DNA of 64,000 bases, from positions 1 to 64,000 of the IMG/VR virus record IMGVR_UViG_3300035070_003584; one strand, 5' to 3'. The notes under the pieces were generated by a model. The model ran no database searches. It was not told the DNA's origin and saw only the letters and a list, made by a program, of their open reading frames with translations. This DNA is from a virus. Taxonomy: Duplodnaviria; Caudoviricetes. Numbering within the stretch: position 1 is the stretch's first letter; the number at the start of each line of letters is the position of its first letter. The position numbers were made by a program, and so were the translations under genes. Below, piece by piece: positions 39,237 through 48,664 of this stretch.

Positions 39237-40193
39237 ATGGCTAAAATTGCAATTACAGGTCTGGCCGGCTTTATCGGCTCGACACTAGCACATAAACTAC
39301 ATGCCGATGGTCATCACGTTATCGGCTTTGATAATTTTAATGATTATTATGATCCGGAACTTAAAAAAGCTCGTGCCGCAAAACTCATTGATGATTGTGG
39401 TGTTGTTGTTGAAAAAGTTGATCTAAATGATGCCGAAAATCTAAAAGATTGGATGTACCATAAACGGCCAGACATTGTAATGCATTTGGCAGCCTATGCC
39501 GGTGTTCGCCATTCCATGGTTGAACCAGGAAAATATATCGATAACAATGTTGTTGGTACTCATAGCCTTATTGAGGCTTGTTGGAATGCCGGCGTCACTA
39601 AGGCTGTGTATGCATCAACATCATGTGTAATGGCTGGTAACAAATTACCATGGACAGAAGATGAAAAACTTGGTTATCAATTAAATCCATATGGTTATAC
39701 CAAGGCTACTAATGAGTCACAGTTTATGGCGTCAGCTATCCCATCTACAGTGGGCCTTAGATTCTTTACAGTCTATGGTCCGTGGGGTCGGCCTGACATG
39801 GCTTTGTTTGATTTTACCAAAAATATCATTGCTGGTAATGAAATTGAACTATTTAATTATGGTGATATGATCCGTGACTTTACATATGTAGATGATATTG
39901 TCCAAGGTATTAGTATTATTCTAGAAAAAACCTTGGCCGAGGACCATGCTAAACAGATATATAATATTGGCAATGGCAGACAAGTTCAACTTATGGAATT
40001 TGTTGAGAACATTGAAAAACAACTTGGTCGTACGGCAAATAAAAAACTTGTACCAAAACACCCAGCAGATACTCAGGCCACATGGTCAGATTGTACTAAA
40101 CTTAAGGCATTAGGTTATAGTCCAGAAACATCTATCGAAAAAGGTGTTGAAAATTTTGTCACTTGGTATAAATCTTATTATGGAGTAAATTAA
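39237..40193 (+). CDS. UDP-glucuronate 4-epimerase-like NAD-dependent epimerase
   Basis: GLAGFIG, NDYYDP.LK.AR, HLAA.AGVR, YxxxK, LRFFTVYGPWGRPDMA. Confidence 0.9.
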   Translation: MAKIAITGLAGFIGSTLAHKLHADGHHVIGFDNFNDYYDPELKKARAAKLIDDCGVVVEKVDLNDAENLKDWMYHKRPDIVMHLAAYAGVRHSMVEPGKYIDNNVVGTHSLIEACWNAGVTKAVYASTSCVMAGNKLPWTEDEKLGYQLNPYGYTKATNESQFMASAIPSTVGLRFFTVYGPWGRPDMALFDFTKNIIAGNEIELFNYGDMIRDFTYVDDIVQGISIILEKTLAEDHAKQIYNIGNGRQVQLMEFVENIEKQLGRTANKKLVPKHPADTQATWSDCTKLKALGYSPETSIEKGVENFVTWYKSYYGVN

Positions 40194-40609
40194 TGATTGT
40201 AGCACTTACTGCATCTACATTTGATCTATTACATGCAGGTCATATTGCAATGTTAAGAGAAGCAAAATCACAGTGTGATTATCTTATTTGTGCATTACAA
40301 GTAGATCCATCAATTGACCGGCCAGAAAAAAATTCTCCAGTACAGACAATAGTAGAAAGACATGCCCAACTTTCGGCAGTAACCTATGTTGATGAAATCA
40401 TACCATATTGTACTGAGGATGATCTATTGGATATTCTGAATATGTATCCAATTAATGTTAGAATTTTGGGTGAAGAATATAGGGATAAAGACTTTACTGG
40501 TAAAGACGAATGCCGTAAAAGAGGTATTCAATTGTATTTCAACAAACGTGAGCATAGATTTAGTTCTAGTGACTTGCGTAAGAGAGTAGCTTCCAAAGAG
40601 AAGGAATAA
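40193..40609 (+). CDS. Glycerol-3-phosphate cytidylyltransferase-like (TagD) protein
   Basis: FDLLHAGH motif; R.H.FSSS. Confidence 0.85.
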   Translation: MIVALTASTFDLLHAGHIAMLREAKSQCDYLICALQVDPSIDRPEKNSPVQTIVERHAQLSAVTYVDEIIPYCTEDDLLDILNMYPINVRILGEEYRDKDFTGKDECRKRGIQLYFNKREHRFSSSDLRKRVASKEKE

Positions 40610-40613
40610 TCAA

Positions 40614-40829
40614 ATGTCTCAGATTCACGAGCCTCATGAAGTATATATGAAACGTAAATTAAAGGAAGAAAATATTGGTGTTAATACTGAATATACCAAT
40701 ATGAGATTAACAGCTGAAATTGAACAGCTTAAAAATAGAATTAAACAACTTGAGACAGACATGGCATATAATACTTATGCCACTAGTCCAGAAGAACAAC
40801 GTATTTATGATTTAAGGAGAACAGATTAA
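40614..40829 (+). CDS. Hypothetical coiled-coil protein
   Basis: ORF with RBS. Confidence 0.55.
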   Translation: MSQIHEPHEVYMKRKLKEENIGVNTEYTNMRLTAEIEQLKNRIKQLETDMAYNTYATSPEEQRIYDLRRTD

Positions 40830-41879
40830 ATGTCTATTATGGACAAACTCAAAAAGAATTCCAAGTTGAAACATACTGAGATTCTTTCTGAATCCAAATT
40901 TTTCAATGAAAAAGATATGGTACCTACTCGAGTACCTATGGTAAACGTTGCTCTATCTGGATCAATTGATGGTGGTCTTGCGCCTGGACTTACTGTCCTT
41001 GCTGGACCATCAAAACACTTTAAAACATCATTTGCACTCCTTATGGCTGGTGCATATATGCAGAAATATCCAGATGCTGTAATGCTTTTTTACGATTCAG
41101 AGTTTGGTTCACCACAATCTTACTTTGAACAATTTGATGTCGACACATCACGTGTTCTGCATACACCAATCACAAATGTAGAAGAACTTAAATTTGATCT
41201 GATTGGCCAACTTGAAGGCTTGGATCGCAAGGATAAAGTTATTGTAGTCATTGACTCTATTGGCAACCTTGCATCCAAAAAAGAGATGGAAGATGCCATT
41301 AATGAAAAATCAGTGGCAGATATGTCTCGTGCAAAGGCACTCAAAGGTTTGTTCCGTATGACAACACCTTATCTTGCCATGAAAGATATTCCACTTCTTG
41401 CAGTTAACCATACTTATCAAGAGATTGGATTGTTTCCTAAGGCTATTGTATCTGGTGGTACCGGCATTTACTATTCTGCCGACAACATTTGGATCCTAGG
41501 CCGTAGACAAAACAAAAAAGGTACCGAAGTTACTGGTTATGATTTTGTTATTAATGTAGAAAAGTCTCGGTATGTAAAAGAAAAGTCCAAGATTCCTATT
41601 ACAGTATCTTGGGAAGGTGGTGTTGCTCAATGGTCTGGTCTACTTGATGTAGCACTGGCTGGTGGTTATGCACAGAAACCAAGCAATGGTTGGTATGAAG
41701 CACTTGATCCATCTACCGGTGAAATTCTAACTGGTAAGACTCGTGAAGCTGGTACACTAGAAGAAGAATTCTGGACACCACTCTTTGAAAAAACTGACTT
41801 TAAAGAGTTCATCAAAAAGTCATACACAATTGGTCATAAATCAGAAATTGATATGGATGCGTTGGTAGATGAAGCATAA
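40830..41879 (+). CDS. uvsX: RecA-like recombinase UvsX
   Basis: GPSKHFKT, YDSEFG, DSIGNLAS, ADMSRAK. Confidence 0.96.
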   Translation: MSIMDKLKKNSKLKHTEILSESKFFNEKDMVPTRVPMVNVALSGSIDGGLAPGLTVLAGPSKHFKTSFALLMAGAYMQKYPDAVMLFYDSEFGSPQSYFEQFDVDTSRVLHTPITNVEELKFDLIGQLEGLDRKDKVIVVIDSIGNLASKKEMEDAINEKSVADMSRAKALKGLFRMTTPYLAMKDIPLLAVNHTYQEIGLFPKAIVSGGTGIYYSADNIWILGRRQNKKGTEVTGYDFVINVEKSRYVKEKSKIPITVSWEGGVAQWSGLLDVALAGGYAQKPSNGWYEALDPSTGEILTGKTREAGTLEEEFWTPLFEKTDFKEFIKKSYTIGHKSEIDMDALVDEA

Positions 41880-42165
41880 AGAAAATCAAACTTATCAATT
41901 GGTTCCGGGTGAGGAGGGCGATCAGCATTGGCTGGTTCGCTTCCTCGAAGGACCATATGCTGAAACAGTAATTCAGTATGGTTCTATTAGTGTGAATGAC
42001 GAAGAAGAAGGTACTATGTCCTTTAATTTCTTTGTTGAATCATCTCCAGATTCTGAATTAACTTCCGAAGATGTTGATTTGCAATTATGGGCTGGTGATG
42101 TTCTTCAAGAGATTCTTAGAGAAGCCATTATGGATGGTTCGGCAGTATTACAAGAACAAACATGA
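41869..42165 (+). CDS. Hypothetical protein (gene 40 position)
   Basis: Lies between uvsX and gene 41. Confidence 0.5.
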   Translation: MKHKENQTYQLVPGEEGDQHWLVRFLEGPYAETVIQYGSISVNDEEEGTMSFNFFVESSPDSELTSEDVDLQLWAGDVLQEILREAIMDGSAVLQEQT

Positions 42166-42653
42166 AAATATTAATATTTGGATTGCCGGGTTCTGGTAAA
42201 AGTACATTGGCCAAACCATTGGCTGAGTTATTGGGTGGTATACACATTAACGCAGATGTAGTTCGAACGAGCTATGATGACTGGGATTTTAGCTCTGAAG
42301 GAAGAATACGTCAAGCACAACGTATGAAACACTTGAGTGATGGTGTCATTATGGCTGGCAAAATTGCAGTTGCAGATTTTGTTTGTCCAACAAATATAGC
42401 TCGTATAGAATTTAATGCAGACTACACAGTATGGATGGATACTATTAAAGAAAGTCGTTACGAAGATACTAATGCTATGTTTGAAAAACCAATTGATGTT
42501 AACTATCATGTTAATGGATGGTTTGATGACACACATAAACAACTTGTAGCAGTTGTTAATAATTATATGAAACGCCAAGATGATATTCGTAATGACCGCG
42601 CCGAAGGTACTAGTATGGTAAATTTAGAAATAAAATCCAATAGGAAAAAGTAG
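42162..42653 (+). CDS. Adenylylsulfate kinase-like P-loop kinase
   Basis: GLPGSGKST, NAD.VR....DWDFS.EGR, ADFVCP, FEKP. Confidence 0.75.
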   Translation: MKILIFGLPGSGKSTLAKPLAELLGGIHINADVVRTSYDDWDFSSEGRIRQAQRMKHLSDGVIMAGKIAVADFVCPTNIARIEFNADYTVWMDTIKESRYEDTNAMFEKPIDVNYHVNGWFDDTHKQLVAVVNNYMKRQDDIRNDRAEGTSMVNLEIKSNRKK

Positions 42654-43039
42654 TGGATTTTGATCCCCTCAAACCAACAGTACAAATGCTTGGTCGTTGG
42701 CAACCATGGCATACTGGTCATACAGAACTTTTTAAAAGGGCTCATGCAAAAACCGGCCAAGTCTGTATACAGATTAGGCAAGTGCCAGAACAATATGACA
42801 ACCCATTTAATATTGATATAATAAAAATTAATATTATTGAAGCATTGGCAAAAGAGGGGTTTACAATTGCAGTAGATTATATTATAATGGTACTACCAAA
42901 TATAACTGATATTGCGTATGGTCGAAAGGTTGGCTATACATTTACAGAACATGATTTAGGTGAGGATATACACAATATATCAGCCACCAAAATTCGTAAA
43001 CAAATGAGAGAAGAAGGTACCCTTGCAGACAAATCTTGA
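42653..43039 (+). CDS. HIGH-family nucleotidyltransferase (cytidyltransferase-like)
   Basis: GRWQPWHTGH, DNPF, ISATKIR. Confidence 0.75.
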   Translation: MDFDPLKPTVQMLGRWQPWHTGHTELFKRAHAKTGQVCIQIRQVPEQYDNPFNIDIIKINIIEALAKEGFTIAVDYIIMVLPNITDIAYGRKVGYTFTEHDLGEDIHNISATKIRKQMREEGTLADKS

Positions 43040-44408
43040 ACAGACTATTCTTCGTAATCTTTTAACTGATGAAAAGTATATGCGTAAGGTATTACCTTTC
43101 ATCAAACCAGAATATTTCCAAGGAGTATATCGTACACTCTTTAAAGAGGCTGGTAAATATGTAGCAAAATATAATAAATTGCCTACATCAGAAACATTGG
43201 TTATTGAACTACAAGAATCAACTAATATGTCTGACGAACAATTTCAGATGTCGATGAATATTGTTCCACAGCTGTATTCTGGTGAGGTAATTGATCCGGA
43301 TTGGTTATTAAACTCTACCGAGAAATGGTGCCAGGATAGAGCAATTCATATTGCCATTATGGAATCTATTTCTATTATTGACGGTAAACATGAGTCAATG
43401 ACAAAGAATGCACTACCTGACCTTCTCAGTAAAGCTCTTGGTGTGTCATTTGATAATAGTGTTGGACACGATTATGTTGATGATTTCGAACAGCGTTATG
43501 ATTTTTACCATACAGAAGAAGATAGGATTCCATTTGATCTCGACTATTTTAATAAAATTACAAAGGGTGGTGTACCGCGTAAAACACTTAACATTGCCCT
43601 TGCAGGTACTGGCGTTGGCAAGTCTCTATTCATGTGTCATGTTGCTAGTGGCGCTTTGGTAGAAGGTAGAAATGTACTATACATAACTATGGAAATGGCT
43701 GAGGAAAGAATTGCCGAACGTATTGATGCTAATCTTCTCAATGTACCTATCGACCAACTTGAAAACCTTTCGAAGGATATGTTTAGAACTAAAGTTGAAA
43801 ATATTGCACGTAAGACAACCGGCAGATTAATTGTAAAAGAATACCCAACAGGCTCAGCTCATGCTGGTCATTTTAGGGCTTTGTTAAATGAATTAAAACT
43901 GAAAAGATCATTCGAACCAGATATTATCTTTATTGATTATTTGAATATCTGTTCTTCTTCTCGAATGAAAGCCATGGGAGGATCAATCAATTCTTATACA
44001 TACATTAAGGCGATTGCTGAGGAACTTAGAGGACTGGCGGTGGAGTTTAATGTACCGATTTTCTCGGCGACTCAAACGACGCGGTCGGGCTATGGCAATT
44101 CGGATGTCGGTTTGGAAGATACATCTGAGTCTTTCGGTCTACCAGCTACGGCGGATCTTATGTTCGCTCTTATCTCTACTGAAGAACTTGAAGGGCTCGG
44201 GCAGATGATGGTCAAACAATTGAAAAATAGATACAATGATCCAACATCAAATAAAAGATTTGTAATTGGAGTTGACCGATCTAAGATGAGATTATATGAT
44301 GTTGATGAAACAGAACAAAATCTAATGAAGGATGATACTCCAGTATTTGATAAATCTGTATCAGCAGAAAAAATTAGTGCAGAAAAGTTTAGGGAGTTTA
44401 AACTATGA
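43023..44408 (+). CDS. gp41: Replicative helicase gp41
   Basis: AGTGVGKS, YITMEMAEE, KEYPT, IDYLNI, SESFGLPATAD. Confidence 0.97.
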   Translation: MQTNLEQTILRNLLTDEKYMRKVLPFIKPEYFQGVYRTLFKEAGKYVAKYNKLPTSETLVIELQESTNMSDEQFQMSMNIVPQLYSGEVIDPDWLLNSTEKWCQDRAIHIAIMESISIIDGKHESMTKNALPDLLSKALGVSFDNSVGHDYVDDFEQRYDFYHTEEDRIPFDLDYFNKITKGGVPRKTLNIALAGTGVGKSLFMCHVASGALVEGRNVLYITMEMAEERIAERIDANLLNVPIDQLENLSKDMFRTKVENIARKTTGRLIVKEYPTGSAHAGHFRALLNELKLKRSFEPDIIFIDYLNICSSSRMKAMGGSINSYTYIKAIAEELRGLAVEFNVPIFSATQTTRSGYGNSDVGLEDTSESFGLPATADLMFALISTEELEGLGQMMVKQLKNRYNDPTSNKRFVIGVDRSKMRLYDVDETEQNLMKDDTPVFDKSVSAEKISAEKFREFKL

Positions 44409-44611
44409 TCTATAAAGGGCCAGAGGTTAGCACCTATTGGGGTGATGAGGAATATTCAAACCGTAAAGCAGTTGTGATGAAAGATGACAACGGATTTTAT
44501 GTTGAATTTTATAAAGAAGAAAAACTTTGGGAACGACGAAACGTCTATGATCATAGTGAAGTTTATGCAGAAAATGCTGCCGAAAACTTTGTAATGGGAA
44601 TTATTCAGTGA
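44405..44611 (+). CDS. Hypothetical protein
   Basis: HSE.YAE.AAENFV.G; coupled to gene 41. Confidence 0.6.
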   Translation: MIYKGPEVSTYWGDEEYSNRKAVVMKDDNGFYVEFYKEEKLWERRNVYDHSEVYAENAAENFVMGIIQ

Positions 44612-45321
44612 ACATTTATTGGAGTTCTTATATACCTGAGAGAAATAAAAGAATTCTTTCGGATATAAGATATCACGCGCCAGAACATGCTACGGAATAT
44701 CTTAAGAATAAGGTTAATCCAGAAATAAGAGAATCAGATTTTCTAAGATGCCCTGCATTTGCTAAACAGCAAAAAAACCTCTATGCATTGAAATTTTCTT
44801 TTTCTTATGAACTACGAATGGAAAATGGTGAGTTAAAGTCAGACAAGTATGATCAAAGGTTCTTTGACGATTTTGTAAGCGTTAGGGATCATGATAATTG
44901 TATGATATCTTTTCCAATGAGTTATGTGTTTATTGCAGAAACTCCTGTAGATATGGAGTATACTTCAGCATATAATGTAAGTAATGGTTTTGTTGATAAT
45001 TCAATAGTCATTCCAGGATCATTTGATATTGGAAAATGGTATAGACCTTTAGATTTGGCATTCCTTATGAAAGATAAAGAAAAGGGAGTTTCGTTTAATG
45101 AAAATGATGCATATGCCTTTGTCAACTTTCATACAAATAAAAAAGTAAATTTAATTAGATTCGAAACCACACCAGAACTTGTTGGTCTATTTAATTCTAT
45201 ATTACTTAGCAAATTTGCAAAATCAAAAGAAGTTAATGCTCTCAGTTGGTTTTATACTCTATTAGAAAAATCACAATATAAGAACAAAATATTGAAATTA
45301 GTGAAAGAGAATGTGTTATGA
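44608..45321 (+). CDS. Hypothetical protein
   Basis: 237-aa ORF coupled at both ends; RCPAF and IPG.FDIGKWYRP. Confidence 0.6.
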   Translation: MNIYWSSYIPERNKRILSDIRYHAPEHATEYLKNKVNPEIRESDFLRCPAFAKQQKNLYALKFSFSYELRMENGELKSDKYDQRFFDDFVSVRDHDNCMISFPMSYVFIAETPVDMEYTSAYNVSNGFVDNSIVIPGSFDIGKWYRPLDLAFLMKDKEKGVSFNENDAYAFVNFHTNKKVNLIRFETTPELVGLFNSILLSKFAKSKEVNALSWFYTLLEKSQYKNKILKLVKENVL

Positions 45322-45965
45322 CCGTAAATCTAATTAGTTATTCAAAGGGAGAGAAAGATGAAAGTCTCCAGGACATCATTGCGTATACAGCCCGTGTCTC
45401 GAATCCATCCAACCAAGACAACACCGAAACGTCAGAAAGACTACTACGATACCTCATCCGAGAAAAACACTGGTCACCATTTGAAATGGTTAGCGCTTGC
45501 TTGGAAGTAACTACAACTCGTGATATTGCTCGTCAGTTATTGAGACATAGATCATTCTCTTTTCAAGAGTTTTCTCAACGGTATGCAGATCCTACAAAGG
45601 ATTTACAGTTTAAGATGAAAGATGCAAGGCTTCAAGATACAAAGAATAGACAGAATAGCCTAGATGTAAATGATCCTAATCTACAATTAAATTGGTACAA
45701 ACAACAAGCGGAGGTCGTCAATGCAGCAAAGAAATCATATGAATGGGCAATTGAAAATGGTATTGCCAAAGAACAAGCTCGTGCAGTTCTACCAGAAGGT
45801 ATTATGGAATCTAGATTGTATGTTAACGGTACCATCCGGTCCTGGATCCATTATATCGACCTACGCTCTGGACACGGTACACAGAAAGAACACATAGAAT
45901 TAGCTCGAGCTTGTGCAACAGCACTCGAACCTATCTTTCCTATGATCAAAGAGTTTTGTCATTAA
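45318..45965 (+). CDS. thyX: Flavin-dependent thymidylate synthase
   Basis: ARVS, HWSPFE, QLLRHRSFSFQEFSQRY. Confidence 0.96.
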   Translation: MTVNLISYSKGEKDESLQDIIAYTARVSNPSNQDNTETSERLLRYLIREKHWSPFEMVSACLEVTTTRDIARQLLRHRSFSFQEFSQRYADPTKDLQFKMKDARLQDTKNRQNSLDVNDPNLQLNWYKQQAEVVNAAKKSYEWAIENGIAKEQARAVLPEGIMESRLYVNGTIRSWIHYIDLRSGHGTQKEHIELARACATALEPIFPMIKEFCH

Positions 45966-46332
45966 ATATTTAATTATATTCTTTTGTCTATTTACTACCA
46001 GTGTATATGCCGAAGGTCGTATGTATACTGGTAGTGAAGACAAAACTCACTGTACTCTATGGAACACAAGCCCATTACGATGGCCACAGACTATTTTAGG
46101 ACTCGAGCCAATGGAATGTAGACGTAAGGCAGTACCTCCTACAACAACCAATACTATAAACTGTAGACTCAAAAGACAATATGTCGATCCTGAGACCGAT
46201 GAACGTATGTGTATATACGAAAGAGGAGCCACAGGACATGGCGATCTTACAGTAGCGATGGATAAGTACTTCCATTGCCCTCGTACACAAAACTGTACAC
46301 AGAGTCCAGGTTCTGATGCTACTTTGGATTAA
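45961..46332 (+). CDS. Cys-rich, probably secreted protein (start may be ATT 45961 rather than ATG 46021)
   Basis: In-frame upstream signal-peptide-like segment IKYLIIFFCLFTTSVYA; 6 Cys in the mature part. Confidence 0.5.
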   Translation: MKYLIIFFCLFTTSVYAEGRMYTGSEDKTHCTLWNTSPLRWPQTILGLEPMECRRKAVPPTTTNTINCRLKRQYVDPETDERMCIYERGATGHGDLTVAMDKYFHCPRTQNCTQSPGSDATLD

Positions 46333-46384
46333 AAACTATTTTACTACTGGTTGTTTTTATTAAATAAAATTGTGCGTTTTTTTG

Positions 46385-46440
46385 TTTACAAACCTCTTTT
46401 TATATGATATAATAGTATCATAATCAAAAAGGAAGAGGAG
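46385..46440 (+). promoter_or_regulatory. Early promoter/leader cassette (copy 2)
   Basis: TTTACA-N17-TATAAT...ATAATCAAAAAGGAAGAGGAG. Confidence 0.85.
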
Positions 46441-46446
46441 CCTTAC

Positions 46447-46680
46447 ATGTCTAAACCAATTTCAAATGCCGCTTTTAAGCGTATGATTAAATCTGCTTCT
46501 GCAGAAAAGCGTCAGGAAATTCTTGAGCGCCAACTCAGAGTTCTTCCACAGTTTATTATGGAAGAAGTTGCTCGTATTCCTCAGTTACCTACATCACCTA
46601 AAGTGATTAAGGATTTGGAATCACGGCTTAAGTTGGTTCGGACAATGTGGACAGAGGAACTTATTCGGAGACATGCATAA
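46447..46680 (+). CDS. Early hypothetical protein
   Basis: Strong RBS after an early promoter. Confidence 0.7.
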   Translation: MSKPISNAAFKRMIKSASAEKRQEILERQLRVLPQFIMEEVARIPQLPTSPKVIKDLESRLKLVRTMWTEELIRRHA

Positions 46681-46850
46681 TGGCTTATCATTATATTAAA
46701 TTAGAAAAGTTTTTTATGGCATTGGCAAAAGATATGTCAGAAGAAAACATGCGTAAGCAACTTTTAAGTCTTACATCAGATGAGGTTCGTAAATTAAAGG
46801 ATCTCATGGATATTCATAATCTTACATATAACCATGAGGTTACTAAATGA
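46680..46850 (+). CDS. Hypothetical protein
   Basis: TAATG coupling. Confidence 0.55.
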   Translation: MAYHYIKLEKFFMALAKDMSEENMRKQLLSLTSDEVRKLKDLMDIHNLTYNHEVTK

Positions 46851-47392
46851 AGCGTTATGTTTTTCTTGGTGCCATGGCGGCATCATTTTTAGGTGGTCTT
46901 GTGAGTGGTAAATCGGCATTTGGTGCAGAAGCAAATGCAGGTTTACTACACGATTCTGTATCAGAACAGAAATGTCTGGCAGATAATATATACTTTGAGG
47001 CCCGTAACCAAATACATAGGGGAATGATTGGTGTCGCTCTTGTCACTCGTAACCGTGTTCTTGATAGTCGGTTTCCTCATTCATATTGTGAGGTTGTTAA
47101 ACAAGGACCTGAAAGACCATCATGGAAGCAAAATGGGACCATGGTCCCTCTTCGCCATCGCTGCCAATTTAGTTGGTATTGTGACGGCAAGTCTGATGAT
47201 ATTGGTTATCACGATACTGCTGTCTATGAACTTGCTCGTGCCATCGCTTTTAAAGTCTATCACGGAGAATTTCCCGACTTCACAGATGGTGCCACTCATT
47301 ATCATGCCGATTATGTTAGACCAGAATGGGCATCAACCAAAACCAAAACAATGAAGATTGATCAACACATTTTTTATAGATGGGAAAAATAA
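46847..47392 (+). CDS. Cell wall hydrolase (SleB/Hydrolase_2)
   Basis: Signal peptide; CLA.NIYFEAR, NRV...FP...C.VV.Q, CQFSW.CDG, GATHYHA.YV.P.W, H.FY. Confidence 0.92.
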   Translation: MKRYVFLGAMAASFLGGLVSGKSAFGAEANAGLLHDSVSEQKCLADNIYFEARNQIHRGMIGVALVTRNRVLDSRFPHSYCEVVKQGPERPSWKQNGTMVPLRHRCQFSWYCDGKSDDIGYHDTAVYELARAIAFKVYHGEFPDFTDGATHYHADYVRPEWASTKTKTMKIDQHIFYRWEK

Positions 47393-47715
47393 TGCAAAGA
47401 CTATTTCCAGAAGATAGTATTGAAAATATGCCAGACTTTAAATTTAATGAGGACATGTATATCGATGAGATCTCTGACTATATCATTGCGACATATAGTC
47501 AACACTACTCAAAGAACAATTTTCAAGCATCAGAGTTTATCTATGATGCTGGTCATGGTACTGGATTTAATATGGGTAATGTGATGAAGTATGCCCAGCG
47601 ATATGGTAATAAGGGTACTACCGATGATCATCGGAAGGATCTGATGAAGGTGATTCATTACGCGATTCTTCAGCTTCACGTACACGATACTTCGCAAGAA
47701 GAATTGCTTCTTTAA
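47392..47715 (+). CDS. DUF3310-like protein
   Basis: TYSQHY, GF.MGNV.KY..RYG.K, DL.K..HYA. Confidence 0.65.
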   Translation: MQRLFPEDSIENMPDFKFNEDMYIDEISDYIIATYSQHYSKNNFQASEFIYDAGHGTGFNMGNVMKYAQRYGNKGTTDDHRKDLMKVIHYAILQLHVHDTSQEELLL

Positions 47716-47848
47716 GGTGTTCTATTTCAAGTTCTAGTTCTGTCTTTGGTGCCTTAATATCTTCTAATGTCTTATCATAAAGATAAGCATTAAAGAAAAG
47801 TATTGCTACCAGTAAAGCAATGATTGACAATAGTATTACCTCTGACAT
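47618..47848 (-). CDS. Small membrane-anchored coiled-coil protein
   Basis: N-terminal TM segment; last gene of the minus-strand late unit. Confidence 0.45.
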   Translation of the reverse strand: MSEVILLSIIALLVAILFFNAYLYDKTLEDIKAPKTELELEIEHLKEAILLAKYRVREAEESRNESPSSDPSDDHR

Positions 47849-47855
47849 TTACCAT

Positions 47856-48062
47856 TTACTTAGTTAACATACCAGCTGGGAGTGTTCTGCATTCCCAGCT
47901 TCTTGGTTTGTATCCCTTCATATGTATATGCACATCTTCGGCCATTTGCAATGCACGGGCCTTACACACACGCTCAGATTCGTATGGTCCACGTTGATCT
48001 TCTAGCATAATGCAATAGTTTGGATTGCTCATCAGGCATGCATATACAATTGCTTGTATCAT
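47856..48062 (-). CDS. Small Cys-containing protein
   Basis: MIQAIVYACL...C...GPY.....C..R; coupled to the upstream ORF. Confidence 0.55.
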   Translation of the reverse strand: MIQAIVYACLMSNPNYCIMLEDQRGPYESERVCKARALQMAEDVHIHMKGYKPRSWECRTLPAGMLTK

Positions 48063-48541
48063 CAAACTGCCGTATACATTACAAAAATAAGTGCGGCGCC
48101 ACCAAGGATGACACATCCACCAATAATCATCATCATCTTAATCATTTCCCAGAACTCTTCATCTTCTTTTCTCTTTTGAATTCTGGCCAGTCTTTGCGCC
48201 TCTTTTGCTTCTACTATTCTTTTTTGTCTTTCATCCAAAATCTTTTGCCAAGTTCCTGGACCAAACCGCATATCAATTAGATTGCGCATCTCTTGCATCT
48301 TCTCTTCTGCAAGTTTGGCGTCAATCATTTCTTGGGCAACTGATTGGATACCGAACTGATCTTTCAGTCCCATACCGGATTTTTTGCCTCTTTTCTTCTG
48401 TACCTCTTCGGTACCTTTGAACATACCATCAATTGCACCAGCAATTTCACCAATGTCTTTTGCGGTGTCAATATTTGATTTTATAAATTCTACACTTGCC
48501 TTTACAAGTGCAATTCCTGCTAAAATTTCTGCTACAGGCAT
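48062..48541 (-). CDS. Membrane-anchored coiled-coil protein
   Basis: C-terminal TM segment; downstream of a minus-strand TATAAATA. Confidence 0.65.
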   Translation of the reverse strand: MPVAEILAGIALVKASVEFIKSNIDTAKDIGEIAGAIDGMFKGTEEVQKKRGKKSGMGLKDQFGIQSVAQEMIDAKLAEEKMQEMRNLIDMRFGPGTWQKILDERQKRIVEAKEAQRLARIQKRKEDEEFWEMIKMMMIIGGCVILGGAALIFVMYTAV

Positions 48542-48610
48542 TTTGATCTTCCTTCTACTGAAGTTAGATGTATGTCACTGTTGCCATATAATTAAATTCG
48601 CTCTCACATA

Positions 48611-48618
48611 TATTTATA
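48611..48618 (-). promoter_or_regulatory. T4-type late promoter (minus strand)
   Basis: TATTTATA is the reverse complement of TATAAATA. Confidence 0.65.
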
Positions 48619-48660
48619 TTTACAAACGTATCTAGATGTGTTATAATATTAATATAAATA
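48619..48660 (+). promoter_or_regulatory. Tandem sigma70 and late promoters of the tmRNA gene
   Basis: TTTACA(48619)-N17-TATAAT(48642) followed by TATAAATA (48653-48660). Confidence 0.75.
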
Positions 48661-48664
48661 AAAA

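Noticed and set aside
7455-45965. Introns or inteins in terminase, polymerase, helicase or thyX
   Set aside because: All are continuous ORFs of normal length with no visible intein motifs
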